Source of the DNA: a virus
Lineage: Duplodnaviria > Heunggongvirae > Uroviricota > Caudoviricetes
Strand: one strand, 5' to 3'
IMG/VR virus record: IMGVR_UViG_2799112330_000002
Coordinates: 160,001-224,000 of that record
Length of the DNA stretch: 64,000 nucleotides
This document shows positions 30,701 to 39,927 of the stretch, one piece after another (positions within the stretch are counted from its first letter, which is position 1; each line of letters opens with the position of its first letter). The notes under the pieces are model-generated. The model was not told where the DNA came from. It saw only the letters and a program-made list of their open reading frames with translations, and did not search any database. Position numbers and translations under genes: made by a program.

Positions 30701-33033
30701 ATTTGTCCATTGATCATGCTAAATAATAAGAACGGAGCAACTACTAATGCTTCAAATGTCATTAACAATAGACCAAATGCTAATGCATTGACAACAAATT
30801 TACCACCACCCATTTCTATGAATAATGCACCAATTGAAAGTACTATAGTACAAACTATTATTAATGAGGTAAATTCAGTTATTGATCTATCTACACCATC
30901 TGAATACTGAGAATATAGAATGAATGGAGCAATGACTAATGCCTCAAATGCCATTAATACTAAGCCAAATTTCAAAGCATTTTCAACCATCTTACCATTA
31001 CTCATACTCATAAACAAAGCACCAACCAATAAGATAGTTGTACATGTTATAAGGAATGAGTTGAAATCTCTTAATGTTGGGAACAACTTATTTGCTTCAT
31101 TTTTGAATATCATGAATGGTAATACTACTAATGCTTCAAATATCATTAGAACAACACCAAACTTCAATGCATTCTTGACAAGTGCTCCATTACTTAATCC
31201 CATGAACAAAGCACCAATGAGCATTACCATTGTACAAGTAACAACAAATGAATTTAGATCTTTTAGTCCCTTTATTGCATCTGAACTGTATTTCTTAAAC
31301 AATAATATTGGGGCAATTATTAATGATTCAAATACGGCTAATGTTACGCCAAACAATAATGCATTTTCAACAAACTTACCACCACCCATCATCATAAATA
31401 ATGCACCAATTGACATTACAATAGTAGAAGTTATCATGAATGAGTTAAGTCCTTCTATTGTTACCAATGATTCTTTGATTTCCTTTTGATGATTATTTAC
31501 ATCTACAGCAGTTTCAACAATTGTATGATTAACATTTTTGATTTTTTGTGCAGCTGCTTCCGCTTGATCTGCTGACTGCCCAAGAACACTTATCTTTTGA
31601 ATCATTTCATTGAACAAATCAATATTTTCTTTCAATGATTTGACATTTTCTTTGTCAAAATCAAAGAATGTTTGAATAATGTTCATGAAATTCGTCAACG
31701 CTTTAACAGTTTTCTTGTCATCACTTAACTTAACTAATTTCAAAAGACTATCAAGTGCATCATCATTTAATCCTGATATAATAAGTTCAACTTGCATCTT
31801 TTGATCAGGTAATTTGTTCTTAAGAAGTGACTTATTTGCCTTTATTAGATCTCCAATACTTGTCTTTAGATCATTAACAATTGTCTTAAATTCAGGATCA
31901 ACATTAGTTGTAACTGTATTAGGAATTAGTTCATCAAACTTTAAAGTCTTTAGATTCTCTAAATTGTCATTTAATGTTGATAAATTAGCTGAAATATTAG
32001 ATAAAAAGTTTAAACCAACAAGTGAGTCATTATACATTTTTAATTTATCAATAAATGTTGTTATTGTTTGAATATAACTATCATATGCCGGTTGAACTAA
32101 CTTATCTAATAATGTCTGATTATTAATATTAATTTTCTCAATTAAGCTTTCTGATATTGTTTTATTTATATCATTTAATGATTTTATAATATTATTAATA
32201 ATATTTTGATCAATAACAGCTGATTTATTAGTTTCATCATTATTTATCGGTTTTATATTATTGAATTGATTAAAAAACTTTGACAAATTAAATGAACTTA
32301 AAGCTGTACATAATGTATCTATCTTATTATTAATATCATTTAATTTTTGTTCACTATTTTTAAATAAATCTTTAATATCTAATACTTTTAGTAATTGATT
32401 AATTCCTTGAATATGTTTATCACTGATTGTAGTTAAACCGTCAATACTATTCTTTAATGTATCAATATGTGTTATAATTTCTGGGTCTATTATACCTGTT
32501 GATACATTAGAAGATACATCTGGCTGTTCTAACTTTTTATTTAATATTTGTTCAAATTGAGTATAATTACTTGCTATAGCATTAAGACTATTAACTAAAT
32601 TACTATTTAATGCTTGTATTGATTCGGTATTTGTACTCATTAGTTTACCAAATTCTACAAATGATGTATTAATAAACTTATCTAATGATGAATCAATACT
32701 ATTTACAGCTGATTTAATAGTCTTTCCATCATCCTTTGAACCAATAGCATCTTTAATCTCATCTAATAAAGAATATATAGAATTATTATTTCCTAATATT
32801 GAAGTTCCACCCGCCTTCTGCTTTGATTTGTTTCCTAAATCTGTTGGGTTCTTAACCTGATCATCACCAACATAGAAACTAGCCATTGTTTTACTAATTC
32901 CTTCTGATAAGTTTTGAAGAAGATCTTTTATTGTTGCTTCTACACCAGGTATAGCTCCAGCTTTTATAATTTCTTCTGGATTTCCCGCTCTTTTATTTCC
33001 AAATCTTGAAGTATTATTTTCTTTCTTGGCCAT
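24736..33033 (-). CDS. tape measure protein
   Basis: 2765 aa; helical N-terminus, central multi-TM hydrophobic repeats, long helical repeats with W-D-x-K-G motifs. Confidence 0.8.
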   Translation of the reverse strand: MAKKENNTSRFGNKRAGNPEEIIKAGAIPGVEATIKDLLQNLSEGISKTMASFYVGDDQVKNPTDLGNKSKQKAGGTSILGNNNSIYSLLDEIKDAIGSKDDGKTIKSAVNSIDSSLDKFINTSFVEFGKLMSTNTESIQALNSNLVNSLNAIASNYTQFEQILNKKLEQPDVSSNVSTGIIDPEIITHIDTLKNSIDGLTTISDKHIQGINQLLKVLDIKDLFKNSEQKLNDINNKIDTLCTALSSFNLSKFFNQFNNIKPINNDETNKSAVIDQNIINNIIKSLNDINKTISESLIEKININNQTLLDKLVQPAYDSYIQTITTFIDKLKMYNDSLVGLNFLSNISANLSTLNDNLENLKTLKFDELIPNTVTTNVDPEFKTIVNDLKTSIGDLIKANKSLLKNKLPDQKMQVELIISGLNDDALDSLLKLVKLSDDKKTVKALTNFMNIIQTFFDFDKENVKSLKENIDLFNEMIQKISVLGQSADQAEAAAQKIKNVNHTIVETAVDVNNHQKEIKESLVTIEGLNSFMITSTIVMSIGALFMMMGGGKFVENALLFGVTLAVFESLIIAPILLFKKYSSDAIKGLKDLNSFVVTCTMVMLIGALFMGLSNGALVKNALKFGVVLMIFEALVVLPFMIFKNEANKLFPTLRDFNSFLITCTTILLVGALFMSMSNGKMVENALKFGLVLMAFEALVIAPFILYSQYSDGVDRSITEFTSLIIVCTIVLSIGALFIEMGGGKFVVNALAFGLLLMTFEALVVAPFLLFSMINGQIFSGLKAFNSVIVSCTIILLVGALFMELKGGKYVKAALEFTGLLMLFEAGVIAPFLLFNLVKGTALASLKTFALFMFTTTTCLLVGSLFMSMKNGMMAKYALDYTKLLALFIVGVIAATKPINSLLKSSTAAQMEQFSLFLAVCTGCLVMGATFIKKFGALAAIEYATVLLGFIKYMGKVSETIIELFNKKTLDSLKPFSIFLATMHGILTTGILFTKKYGVLAGAEYAAVFDGFIAGMGLASKRITDGFDKRALDSLKPFSLFVAVMHGILLTGTAYMKTANAWGSAILYAGLITAFVDMMLIPIAAIQAIKTLSVMGISKGGIAGSLTSATKGSGLMGFMLFVGAMHFIILSGATFMSQYGPLVVGGYAALLAGFTWSIIAIMKTLDEHQKDVQEGAKTLALISGSLLIFAGVVKAIDEMFPFEDPTEALVLVKVAVMTALMFALGKFYELLTGKSKISLKEKEVREASIIIGEISLSLGVFSGVVWLIDQMKIGFDTVAKVGLMELIMVGTLKLMSLAAKGIDKTDMLLANGILILMSLTLAIYGSSLFYLNSLFNEISFGEFFANMALFVASVGAYGAFFWAIGSLVANPLIGIPVAAGGATLIAMGEILFIYGSSIAYVNDIMKKHGNTITDSINKLSLTVTNKDPKAGSMLKLFEGISKIAPIAVATAFSVIPIRRTIRGITDTVSMMAEAVKSIQNIDLKSGIDTISSNIENFMNIPNKVSMPSDSEIANAVGNNWIGKAIGKVVGAGKMEMKLLYLMSISRKIAYITGTVGKSIYEIAKLQIPAEWDEKGNIVRYRQLRETDFDLAGQHVGTILTTMVKELNKVYTELEGSGFSFANSFVLGLIGEDPLSRIMNLSMKVSKVISSVGEAVGNIAQLQIPIEWNDQGKPISFRQLRKKDFTDAGTNITTVLTTMFTTLGKIASGEFLNDNNSGISKAEWDNLLAGDSNGLFGLGATKSKISQVIDLSFRISELIGNVGQGIKDIAKLQIPIDWDDKGHPTEYKTLNSNDFNDMGKSVGNILTAVISSLANLYYKPIDGEDGITVGSLFDGNDGVFGIGKKNSKIGTVVETSFKVSELIANVGKGIKDIAKLQVPNDWDDKGHPISYVDVTPEDFRASGEAIGSIITSILDSLVKYAGDERFTDGTMKTVLESIMPVNELVSGMADGIIKLANNQIPYKWDPKTGKPIEFREMKEDDYKNAAINVAAIAIGIGKALVDTFSKNPYKQFLFTADNQPTGNLKEVVDSVSGISKIVSNTTDAIVKIANALVPSHYDPKTGQPDKWEKLNMTEIQTALSTTIKQIVTSVSTTLIGVVEKNPHLFKEGKDSLFGQAVSSISGITKIVANIVDSVVKIGTAQIPKKINDQGQVIEYEKINIKTVIDNIKKTIPDMITSIGKSLISSYDTLQKQQIDQKLPGILHVNDSINKIIKKSANTLKEIAEMKIANGYDKDGNAKGYISFKEDQITQAKSKARHIISSLLTIFDEDTAKNEKAIAIDDVTLKNLINTSAQIQSAITEITTTIKSVINSFKPILENTDVISQLFKYKQQSKANIESTIGLFADIHDIFISFVKLQDLISGQSADQTIKQLYNENVRKQNEESNQIIVNSLQDVADTVQEIIDISAEIIDSYTGKIDLAKINYIKDNKKGTNIITDILEKFYDPILTLFRTWEADNSLLKNVLIDINTVNATLNTLLTGIKLSVNKNTIDSINNFKAAIDQIVVTMENSKKIEPTIISALQQNLTNLAKVFDIDIETSWGKTNLDIVSESLGKYIDTVIRFNPMALMNASTLRISIEQIYSSMSSQKSTNTFKANTDLLAKYVKTINSIDLRRTNALTQLVRELNELAKKMGNLDNLTDALANRLSYVLNELANRLEESKETINKADEIQIRRHSKITEAIKNVQTLIQQPLNIVVKSQAPDDTPNPDNGDEGGDTGGSTPGNPIKVVPPNNPNGQGGTTPDSAKQAQDANKYNIKNKANGQGKH

Positions 33034-33110
33034 AGTTAAAATTTTCTAAATCAATATTGAAATATATTATTCTATATATAATTAAAAATAACTTTATTAT
33101 ATAAATTTTA

Positions 33111-33138
33111 TTGAAATTTTCTTATAATGAACTATATT
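33111..33138 (+). promoter_or_regulatory. putative early/middle promoter TTGAAA-N16-TATATT
   Basis: Back-to-back with the late motif at 33081-33091. Confidence 0.6.
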
Positions 33139-33163
33139 TATAATATAAAAAATTAAAGTATAT

Positions 33164-33535
33164 ATGAAGAAAAATTTTTCAGATTTTGAGTTGCATTTGG
33201 TTTCAAAAGTGCTTGGTCCACAGTTTAAGGTAAGATTTAATAAATGTGGTAATATTACAGTTGAGCATGCTACACCATCACGAGAATTTTGGACATTATA
33301 TTATGTTAATCATAATTATCTTTGGAGAAAACATGATGGATATGGTTATTGTTATCCTTTGCACATGATAAATAGACACCGAATAGGTCCCATTCAGAAG
33401 TATGTATCATGTGGAAAGACTTATTATTGTTGTCAAAGAGAATTCAATATCAAATGGTGTGAGTTCTATAGTTTCAATAATGCCCTTGAATATTTTGTAA
33501 ATTATCTTAATAAGTATAGACATATCAAAGTATGA
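33164..33535 (+). CDS. hypothetical protein
   Basis: 123-aa ORF with ATGA overlap into the next gene. Confidence 0.65.
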   Translation: MKKNFSDFELHLVSKVLGPQFKVRFNKCGNITVEHATPSREFWTLYYVNHNYLWRKHDGYGYCYPLHMINRHRIGPIQKYVSCGKTYYCCQREFNIKWCEFYSFNNALEYFVNYLNKYRHIKV

Positions 33536-34020
33536 ACAAGAATCATTTTAAGTATTACATTTATACCCGTTATGAGTATTATTCACCATCAGGAAAGACC
33601 TTTACAGATTGGTTTATAGATAGTGAGGGATATACTGATAAGAATAAAGCCGATGAATATTTGAAGAAGCAGAAAGAGCTGGGAAAGGCTACATTCAAAA
33701 GTACTAAGCTTAAGCATGAATATGAACTTAGATATCAGGATGAGACACTTGTTGTCCAAAGAAGATTGCATCGCCCAAAAGGTCGTCCAAAGAAGACAGA
33801 CAAAGAATATTTAGACAAAATCATAAAAGAATTGAATAAAAGTGGTAGTATTGTTATAAATAATGATGTAAAGAACTATATTTATAATAACAAGGAAGAA
33901 AACCAATATATTGAAGAACATATCAAAGACAAAACAAAGTATTTGAGATATTGGTATGATGAAGAAGGAATATTGACATTATTTTTGAAAGATAGAGAGA
34001 CAGAAAAGGTATATGATTAA
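33532..34020 (+). CDS. hypothetical protein with AT-hook motif
   Basis: RPKGRPKK. Confidence 0.65.
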   Translation: MNKNHFKYYIYTRYEYYSPSGKTFTDWFIDSEGYTDKNKADEYLKKQKELGKATFKSTKLKHEYELRYQDETLVVQRRLHRPKGRPKKTDKEYLDKIIKELNKSGSIVINNDVKNYIYNNKEENQYIEEHIKDKTKYLRYWYDEEGILTLFLKDRETEKVYD

Positions 34021-34042
34021 TTATTATATATAAAAGAAAACT

Positions 34043-34309
34043 ATGGGAAAATATAATGAGATTAAAGATAATTTTGTGAACAACTTCTTTGATAAGATCT
34101 TTACACATTCTACAGTTTCAGTAAAGAAGCATATATTTGAGAAAATGAGAGAATATTGTCCATTTGATATTATGCCATCATCAGATTTCAATACATTACG
34201 AATTGACTTAGGAGATGATATTGTATTAAGTTTTAATATTGAATGGAATGAACGAGAGACAAATCACGGACATATATATACATTAAACAGAGTATACTAT
34301 GACAATTAA
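34043..34309 (+). CDS. hypothetical protein
   Basis: 88-aa ORF in the same operon. Confidence 0.6.
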   Translation: MGKYNEIKDNFVNNFFDKIFTHSTVSVKKHIFEKMREYCPFDIMPSSDFNTLRIDLGDDIVLSFNIEWNERETNHGHIYTLNRVYYDN

Positions 34310-34685
34310 ATTTAAAAGTAAATCAATAAAAGAAAAGGATGCTGTTACATATGATCCTGAACAGTTTCAAGATGTTGGTGTATTGACTGTTGGAAATGAA
34401 TATATCTTTCCTATGAAGAAAGTGGAAGAGAATTCAAATGTTGCTTTCATTGGATATATTGGACAAACAGAAACATTAGTCATTCAATATAAAGCAATGA
34501 AGAAGACACCAGATGGATATGATATTGGATTTAGGACAGAAAATGTTGGATTCTTTTATCATAATGTTCCTGAAAATGTTTGGAAAAATTTAGTGAAAGC
34601 AAAATCAAAATCAAACTATATCAATAAGAACATTAAGAAAAACTACCTATTTCACACGGAACAAATAGAAAATGGAGATCATTAA
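34299..34685 (+). CDS. KTSC domain protein
   Basis: SNVAFIGY..TLVIQY..YHNVPENVWKNLVKAKSKSNYINKNIK. Confidence 0.8.
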   Translation: MTIKFKSKSIKEKDAVTYDPEQFQDVGVLTVGNEYIFPMKKVEENSNVAFIGYIGQTETLVIQYKAMKKTPDGYDIGFRTENVGFFYHNVPENVWKNLVKAKSKSNYINKNIKKNYLFHTEQIENGDH

Positions 34686-34698
34686 GATCTCCATTTTT
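34669..34698. terminator. bidirectional terminator
   Basis: AAAATGGAGATC-ATTAA-GATCTCCATTTT. Confidence 0.85.
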
Positions 34699-34711
34699 GT
34701 ATGTATATAAT

Positions 34712-37700
34712 TTAGAATTCACTTTCAGCTTCTTGTATTTTAGTTGTAAAATTAGACCATGATGGATGATTCTTATAAACTTCTTCACACCCAGGTTCCA
34801 CATATATTTTTTGAATATGTTCTGATATTTCTATTGAACCATTATATATTGTATTACCATCTGATTCAACTGCTTGTGGTGGTACTTTTGCTCTAATACG
34901 TATAGTTTTTAATTTATCATTATAAGTTAAACCGGAATAATAATAAATTTTTTCTATGTTTGATCCTAATGTTAGTCTTTCTAGATCTGGCATATTCCAT
35001 ATTGCATTATGTCCAATATATTTTACATGATTGCCAGTATCAAGAAATGGTAATTTAGCAACAGAACAGAAAATATGATCAGCAAAATCTTCAACTGTAT
35101 TTGGAATAGCTGTATTTGCGCATCCACGAACCATAGTATTCTTTAAATATACATGATTACCATATACAAGATGTTCTTTATTTAAATCATCATTAGTCAA
35201 TATAATAGCATTACAATTACCCCTTGAATCAAACCATTCATTGTCAGGATGAACTTTAAATGTCGTTATCATCGATGCGCTTTCGGCAAATGCAATATTT
35301 ATTTTTGAAACTGTTGAAGAAATATATATTTCACACCCATTTGGATTACTAATTCCATTAAATGTGCTATTATTAATTTCTTGTATATTTGTTCCGATAA
35401 TTATTTTTCTAATATTTTGTTGTGTAACTTTATAAGTAATAGCATCTTGATCATTTGATCTTGAATCTTTAATATTATTTCCAAATAAATTACTAGAACT
35501 AATTTTGTTTAATTGTTGAGATTGCCCAGATTGTGGATTAATATATATTTCTTTTATTTCTCCATCAATTTCTGCATATATTCGTGTTTCTGGAATCTCT
35601 TCCCAATATTCATCTTCAATAGGAATAAAATAATCTTTTTCAATTTCTTTATCATCTAATACTGGATATAGATTGTCTTCATATTCTTTGTTTATTCTAA
35701 AGTTTCCTATTGTTCTATATTCATAGTTATTCAATCCATCAATAGTATAGTTCAATAATACATTATAGTATCCTTTAGTATACATATTATTGTAGTTATT
35801 ATTTTGAATAATCATAATATTTGGATTAGCATTTACCTTAGTAATGTTCTGTAGATCATTTATATGCTTTATCTCCCATTTTTCATGAAGATCAATATTG
35901 AACAATTGGTTGTCATTAGTCAAAGTAACAATAACTAGATCATCATCATTGAAGTGATTCATACCATTTGCTTTGATAATGTCCATTCTATTTACTAAAG
36001 GTTTCTCAAGACTAAATCCGCTATATTTGATTGAATAGTTTGTATATGTATATTCTGATTGATGTATCTTCAGTTCTTCTTCAGTATTATAATATACAGG
36101 ATATCTAGAAATAAGTACTATATACCAATATGTAGGGTGTTTTAAGTCACCAGGTTTTAATGCACCTTCTAAATTTCTATTATGCTCATCAATATCATTT
36201 TTAGTATAATATATTGGTTCTATTTTCCAATCATCTATAGTCTTTTCATATGCATCATCTCCTTCTTGGGCATTATCAATTTCTTCTTGAGTATAATGTT
36301 CACCATCTACTTTAATTGTTCCATATTGTAATGCACCAGAAAGTTTAAGATTATTTTCATTTATTTCTATAATATTATATTCTTCATATTCATCATGCAT
36401 TAGATAAGCATCATAGTCAGGAATCTCATTTATCTGTATAGCAAACTCATATGAATGCAATTCTGGGAATAGTAATGTATAAAGTTCAATGTTCTTTGGA
36501 TTATTATCATATTCAAGTTTCACATCATCTTTATACAGCTCAAATATATGGATCTTGTTATAGTATTTCTTATTATAAGGTATTGTTATCTTTCCTCTAT
36601 AATATTGACTATAGAACTCTCTCATTAACTGTTTGTCATATAATTCTTGAAGTTCTTGTCTTTTCTGTTCTATTTCTTCTGTTTCAATAGATAAGTTATC
36701 AATTTCCTTTTGTGTCTCTTCAATTGATGCATCATATATTGTCTTAAGTTTTTCTAAGAATGACAATACCTTTTTGTTCTGACCATCTACTTCAATCATA
36801 AGATTATTTGTTTCATCATTTTTGTCTATTAAGAACAGACTATTGATAGATACTAGATCAGGTTGATACATAAATGAATTGAAATGTATGTCATTACCAT
36901 TTATTGATAATATTTGCTTAAACATTGTCTTATTGTCTTTCAAGAAATACCTGTAATAAAGTTTACCGAATTCCAGATAGATATTAGGCTTCTTTACAGT
37001 AAATACATATTCAAACCATTTGTTGTTTACAAGCATATTGATCTTAAACTCACATTTTAACCAGTCAATATTTTTCTTGAACAGTCTTGGTACTAATATG
37101 AGATTTCTATAATATTCATTAATGTTTTGATAGAAATTGAATTTGTCATCATCAATAAGAATACCATAGTCAATAGCATAGAGATTTGAATCACTTATAA
37201 ACTTAAGTTGTCCATCATATATAATATAGTTATTTGAACTGTCTTCTAATCCAAACTTATTATATAACTTATCAACATATATGTAGTTATCATCAATCAA
37301 TGCATATTTTCTATAGTTGTTTGTGGCAAGTAATGAATCAATATCAGCATAGACTCCATATTTGTCAACATATTCTTGCAATACTTCTTTATATGGTCTT
37401 CTATATGTATATGATAGTATAAGATAACAACGGAAATAATATGAGCTAATGTCTACATATCTATTAGATGCATTTAGACGTGTTGGCTCATCGTATTTTG
37501 ATAATTTGTAATGAGTAGCATATTCTGGTAATGTCTCTCTATATTCATCATTTTCATCTTTACCCAGATATTGAAGAGGCTTGAGATGAACACTATCAAT
37601 TAGTATATATTCTCCCTTGTCATATTGTGTATATCTTGAGTCTACTTTGATGATCTTTATTGGAATAGTTATACAATTTTCATTCACATAGTATAAGTCT

Positions 37701-39862
37701 TCAAAGTCATAATTGTTATTATAATTGCTAAATTCATTGAACTTTGAATCTATAAGATGAGTTGTCTTATAATAGAGTAATTCATTTGATTCTGGAAATT
37801 CAACAATAACATCATCATTAGATATATATACATTTGAAGGTGTTTCTTTAGTAAATGCAAATGAAGACATCTTTATGTCATTAGCATATACTTTTCTTTC
37901 TATAGATGCTCTATTTATCTTTACATGTACAGGAAGGAAATATGTCTGATAGTAATAAGCTAAACAGTCAAGTTTTAATGCTAATTCACGGAATATGAAG
38001 TCATAATAAGGCTTATAGAAAGTAAGATGTTCATGTTGTACTTCTTCAACTTTATCAAATAAGTTTTCAAGATATGGATTTCCTTCACCAACAAAGTCAG
38101 CATTCCAGTTTTGAAAATTATATATTCCTGTCTCCATATTCTCTTTCAAAGACAAGGACACCATATTTGATTCATTGAAGAATCTATAAGTATATTTTAA
38201 GTCATTGTCTATTGTGAAATAGTCTAATATGTATTGGTCTTGAAAGTCGTTATCAGTCTTCAATAGTTTACTTATTTCTATTTTGTCACCCCATCCGAAC
38301 CAATATAGAGACTTAAGCATTGAATTGAAATTACCGCATTCTCCTCTTATGCCCATATAGTTCAAAAGAAGTTCTTTCATCTTGTCTTTCAATAGTTTCT
38401 CATCAACTGTCTTGTTGTATATTGATGATTGATAGAATGCTTTCACAATGTCTTTAGGGAAACGGAATCCCATGTTTTGTCCATTGATAATCAATTCTTC
38501 ACATTCATCTACAAATGTTCCTCCAATAGTTATAGGTGTATATTCTGTTGCAAGTTTGAATACTGGTCTGTCTTCATCTACCCCATCCTCTGTAACAGTT
38601 ACCTTACTACTTAAATCAAACCAAATATCTCTTACATCAGTTTTTTCTTCTGCATTTGGACGTATATTTAAAGATATTGCTTCATCAATAGTTAATGTTC
38701 TATCTGGTTTTAAACGTTTATCAACATATCTGTATTGTTGTTCTTGGTCATCATAGCCATAGCATTCAACCCATTGCGCTTCATGCTCTTCATCAGTTTC
38801 TTTTTCAAATTTAGTAATAATATCATCTGTATTACCATGTGTTCTTTTATAATCCAGATAATCACTTATATATTTACCATCATGGTTAAATCCTATTTCA
38901 CTTTCACAATAACAACAATGTTGATATAAATGACACTTAAAACGATATATTTTATCTTTACTTAGATATTCACCTTCCTTAAATTTAAATATAACATGGA
39001 AAGATTCTTCCGGATATCCAGGTTTTCTGGGTAGGTTAAAACCAAATTTTTTCTTAAAGTTTCTTTGTCTTGTTATTTCAGTTCCTTCAAAAAATTGGTT
39101 ATTACTATGAGGAGTAATGATTTCTACTTCAACTACATCACCATCATATTCAACATTTTCTCCTATTTTATATTCTGGATAGATTGTCTTCACCAAAGTT
39201 TCTGTTGGCCCATTAACTTCAAATATCTCTATTTTGTCAAATGTCTGTTTCAAAAGATCATCATAATATTCTTCCTTAGATGCCGTTATTGTCTTTGTCT
39301 TTGGGGTATTGTCAGGGTTTACATCTTGAACATTTGTAGAATAATTGCACTTTATCATTATATTAGACAAGAATGTGCCTTCAAACTTACTATACCCAAC
39401 AACATAGAATGGGAACATTATATATTTCTTGTCCTCATTATATACTATAAGACTATTGTCAATATTTTGTATATCAAAATAGAAATCTGAAAGATCAAGT
39501 TTGTTTGTGAAATCTTTATCAGCTTTAAAGAAGATACTGTCATTAAGTGTTTGGACATTATCTGCTTCAATCTTTTCCTGAATTGTCTTTGGTGAAATAA
39601 GTCTATAGAAATTTGAATCAGATTCAATTGTCAAAGAAAAACCTTCATTCACACCTTCTTCATATATATCTGATAGCTCTTTAAGGAAATCATAAGACAT
39701 CAGAAACTTAATTGGAAGAATATAATAGTTATTGATTGATATCTGATCTTCCTTAATCCAGAACACATATTCTTGCTCATCATATTTTATAGCAACTGGA
39801 TCATCATCATAAGTCTTCAAACTAAATACATGTCCTAAATTATCAATAAATTCCATAGACAA
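34712..39862 (-). CDS. large virion structural protein (baseplate-wedge-like) with C-terminal BspA/LRR_5 domain; start probably ATG 39856
   Basis: LLLNYMGIRGECGNFNSMLKSLYWFGW wedge-like motif; C-terminal FDSRGNCNAII, TAIPNTVEDFADHIF and IYVEPGCEEVYK..W LRR_5 features; late motif upstream. Confidence 0.6.
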   Translation of the reverse strand: MSMEFIDNLGHVFSLKTYDDDPVAIKYDEQEYVFWIKEDQISINNYYILPIKFLMSYDFLKELSDIYEEGVNEGFSLTIESDSNFYRLISPKTIQEKIEADNVQTLNDSIFFKADKDFTNKLDLSDFYFDIQNIDNSLIVYNEDKKYIMFPFYVVGYSKFEGTFLSNIMIKCNYSTNVQDVNPDNTPKTKTITASKEEYYDDLLKQTFDKIEIFEVNGPTETLVKTIYPEYKIGENVEYDGDVVEVEIITPHSNNQFFEGTEITRQRNFKKKFGFNLPRKPGYPEESFHVIFKFKEGEYLSKDKIYRFKCHLYQHCCYCESEIGFNHDGKYISDYLDYKRTHGNTDDIITKFEKETDEEHEAQWVECYGYDDQEQQYRYVDKRLKPDRTLTIDEAISLNIRPNAEEKTDVRDIWFDLSSKVTVTEDGVDEDRPVFKLATEYTPITIGGTFVDECEELIINGQNMGFRFPKDIVKAFYQSSIYNKTVDEKLLKDKMKELLLNYMGIRGECGNFNSMLKSLYWFGWGDKIEISKLLKTDNDFQDQYILDYFTIDNDLKYTYRFFNESNMVSLSLKENMETGIYNFQNWNADFVGEGNPYLENLFDKVEEVQHEHLTFYKPYYDFIFRELALKLDCLAYYYQTYFLPVHVKINRASIERKVYANDIKMSSFAFTKETPSNVYISNDDVIVEFPESNELLYYKTTHLIDSKFNEFSNYNNNYDFEDLYYVNENCITIPIKIIKVDSRYTQYDKGEYILIDSVHLKPLQYLGKDENDEYRETLPEYATHYKLSKYDEPTRLNASNRYVDISSYYFRCYLILSYTYRRPYKEVLQEYVDKYGVYADIDSLLATNNYRKYALIDDNYIYVDKLYNKFGLEDSSNNYIIYDGQLKFISDSNLYAIDYGILIDDDKFNFYQNINEYYRNLILVPRLFKKNIDWLKCEFKINMLVNNKWFEYVFTVKKPNIYLEFGKLYYRYFLKDNKTMFKQILSINGNDIHFNSFMYQPDLVSINSLFLIDKNDETNNLMIEVDGQNKKVLSFLEKLKTIYDASIEETQKEIDNLSIETEEIEQKRQELQELYDKQLMREFYSQYYRGKITIPYNKKYYNKIHIFELYKDDVKLEYDNNPKNIELYTLLFPELHSYEFAIQINEIPDYDAYLMHDEYEEYNIIEINENNLKLSGALQYGTIKVDGEHYTQEEIDNAQEGDDAYEKTIDDWKIEPIYYTKNDIDEHNRNLEGALKPGDLKHPTYWYIVLISRYPVYYNTEEELKIHQSEYTYTNYSIKYSGFSLEKPLVNRMDIIKANGMNHFNDDDLVIVTLTNDNQLFNIDLHEKWEIKHINDLQNITKVNANPNIMIIQNNNYNNMYTKGYYNVLLNYTIDGLNNYEYRTIGNFRINKEYEDNLYPVLDDKEIEKDYFIPIEDEYWEEIPETRIYAEIDGEIKEIYINPQSGQSQQLNKISSSNLFGNNIKDSRSNDQDAITYKVTQQNIRKIIIGTNIQEINNSTFNGISNPNGCEIYISSTVSKINIAFAESASMITTFKVHPDNEWFDSRGNCNAIILTNDDLNKEHLVYGNHVYLKNTMVRGCANTAIPNTVEDFADHIFCSVAKLPFLDTGNHVKYIGHNAIWNMPDLERLTLGSNIEKIYYYSGLTYNDKLKTIRIRAKVPPQAVESDGNTIYNGSIEISEHIQKIYVEPGCEEVYKNHPSWSNFTTKIQEAESEF

Positions 39863-39927
39863 AAATTATTTCTAATACATAAATTTATATAATTAAAAAT
39901 AATTTTAAACAATTAAATTTAGGGCAT

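Noticed and set aside
28541-32071. Plus-strand ORFs of 60-190 aa inside the tape measure, and similar antisense ORFs elsewhere (e.g. 7013..7342, 18749..19066, 39065..39490)
   Set aside because: These are shadow ORFs opposite strong genes, with no recognisable motifs or expression signals.
33034-33163. Tail assembly chaperone with programmed frameshift upstream of the tape measure
   Set aside because: The tape measure is the first gene of its operon, and the upstream DNA is a short divergent promoter region.
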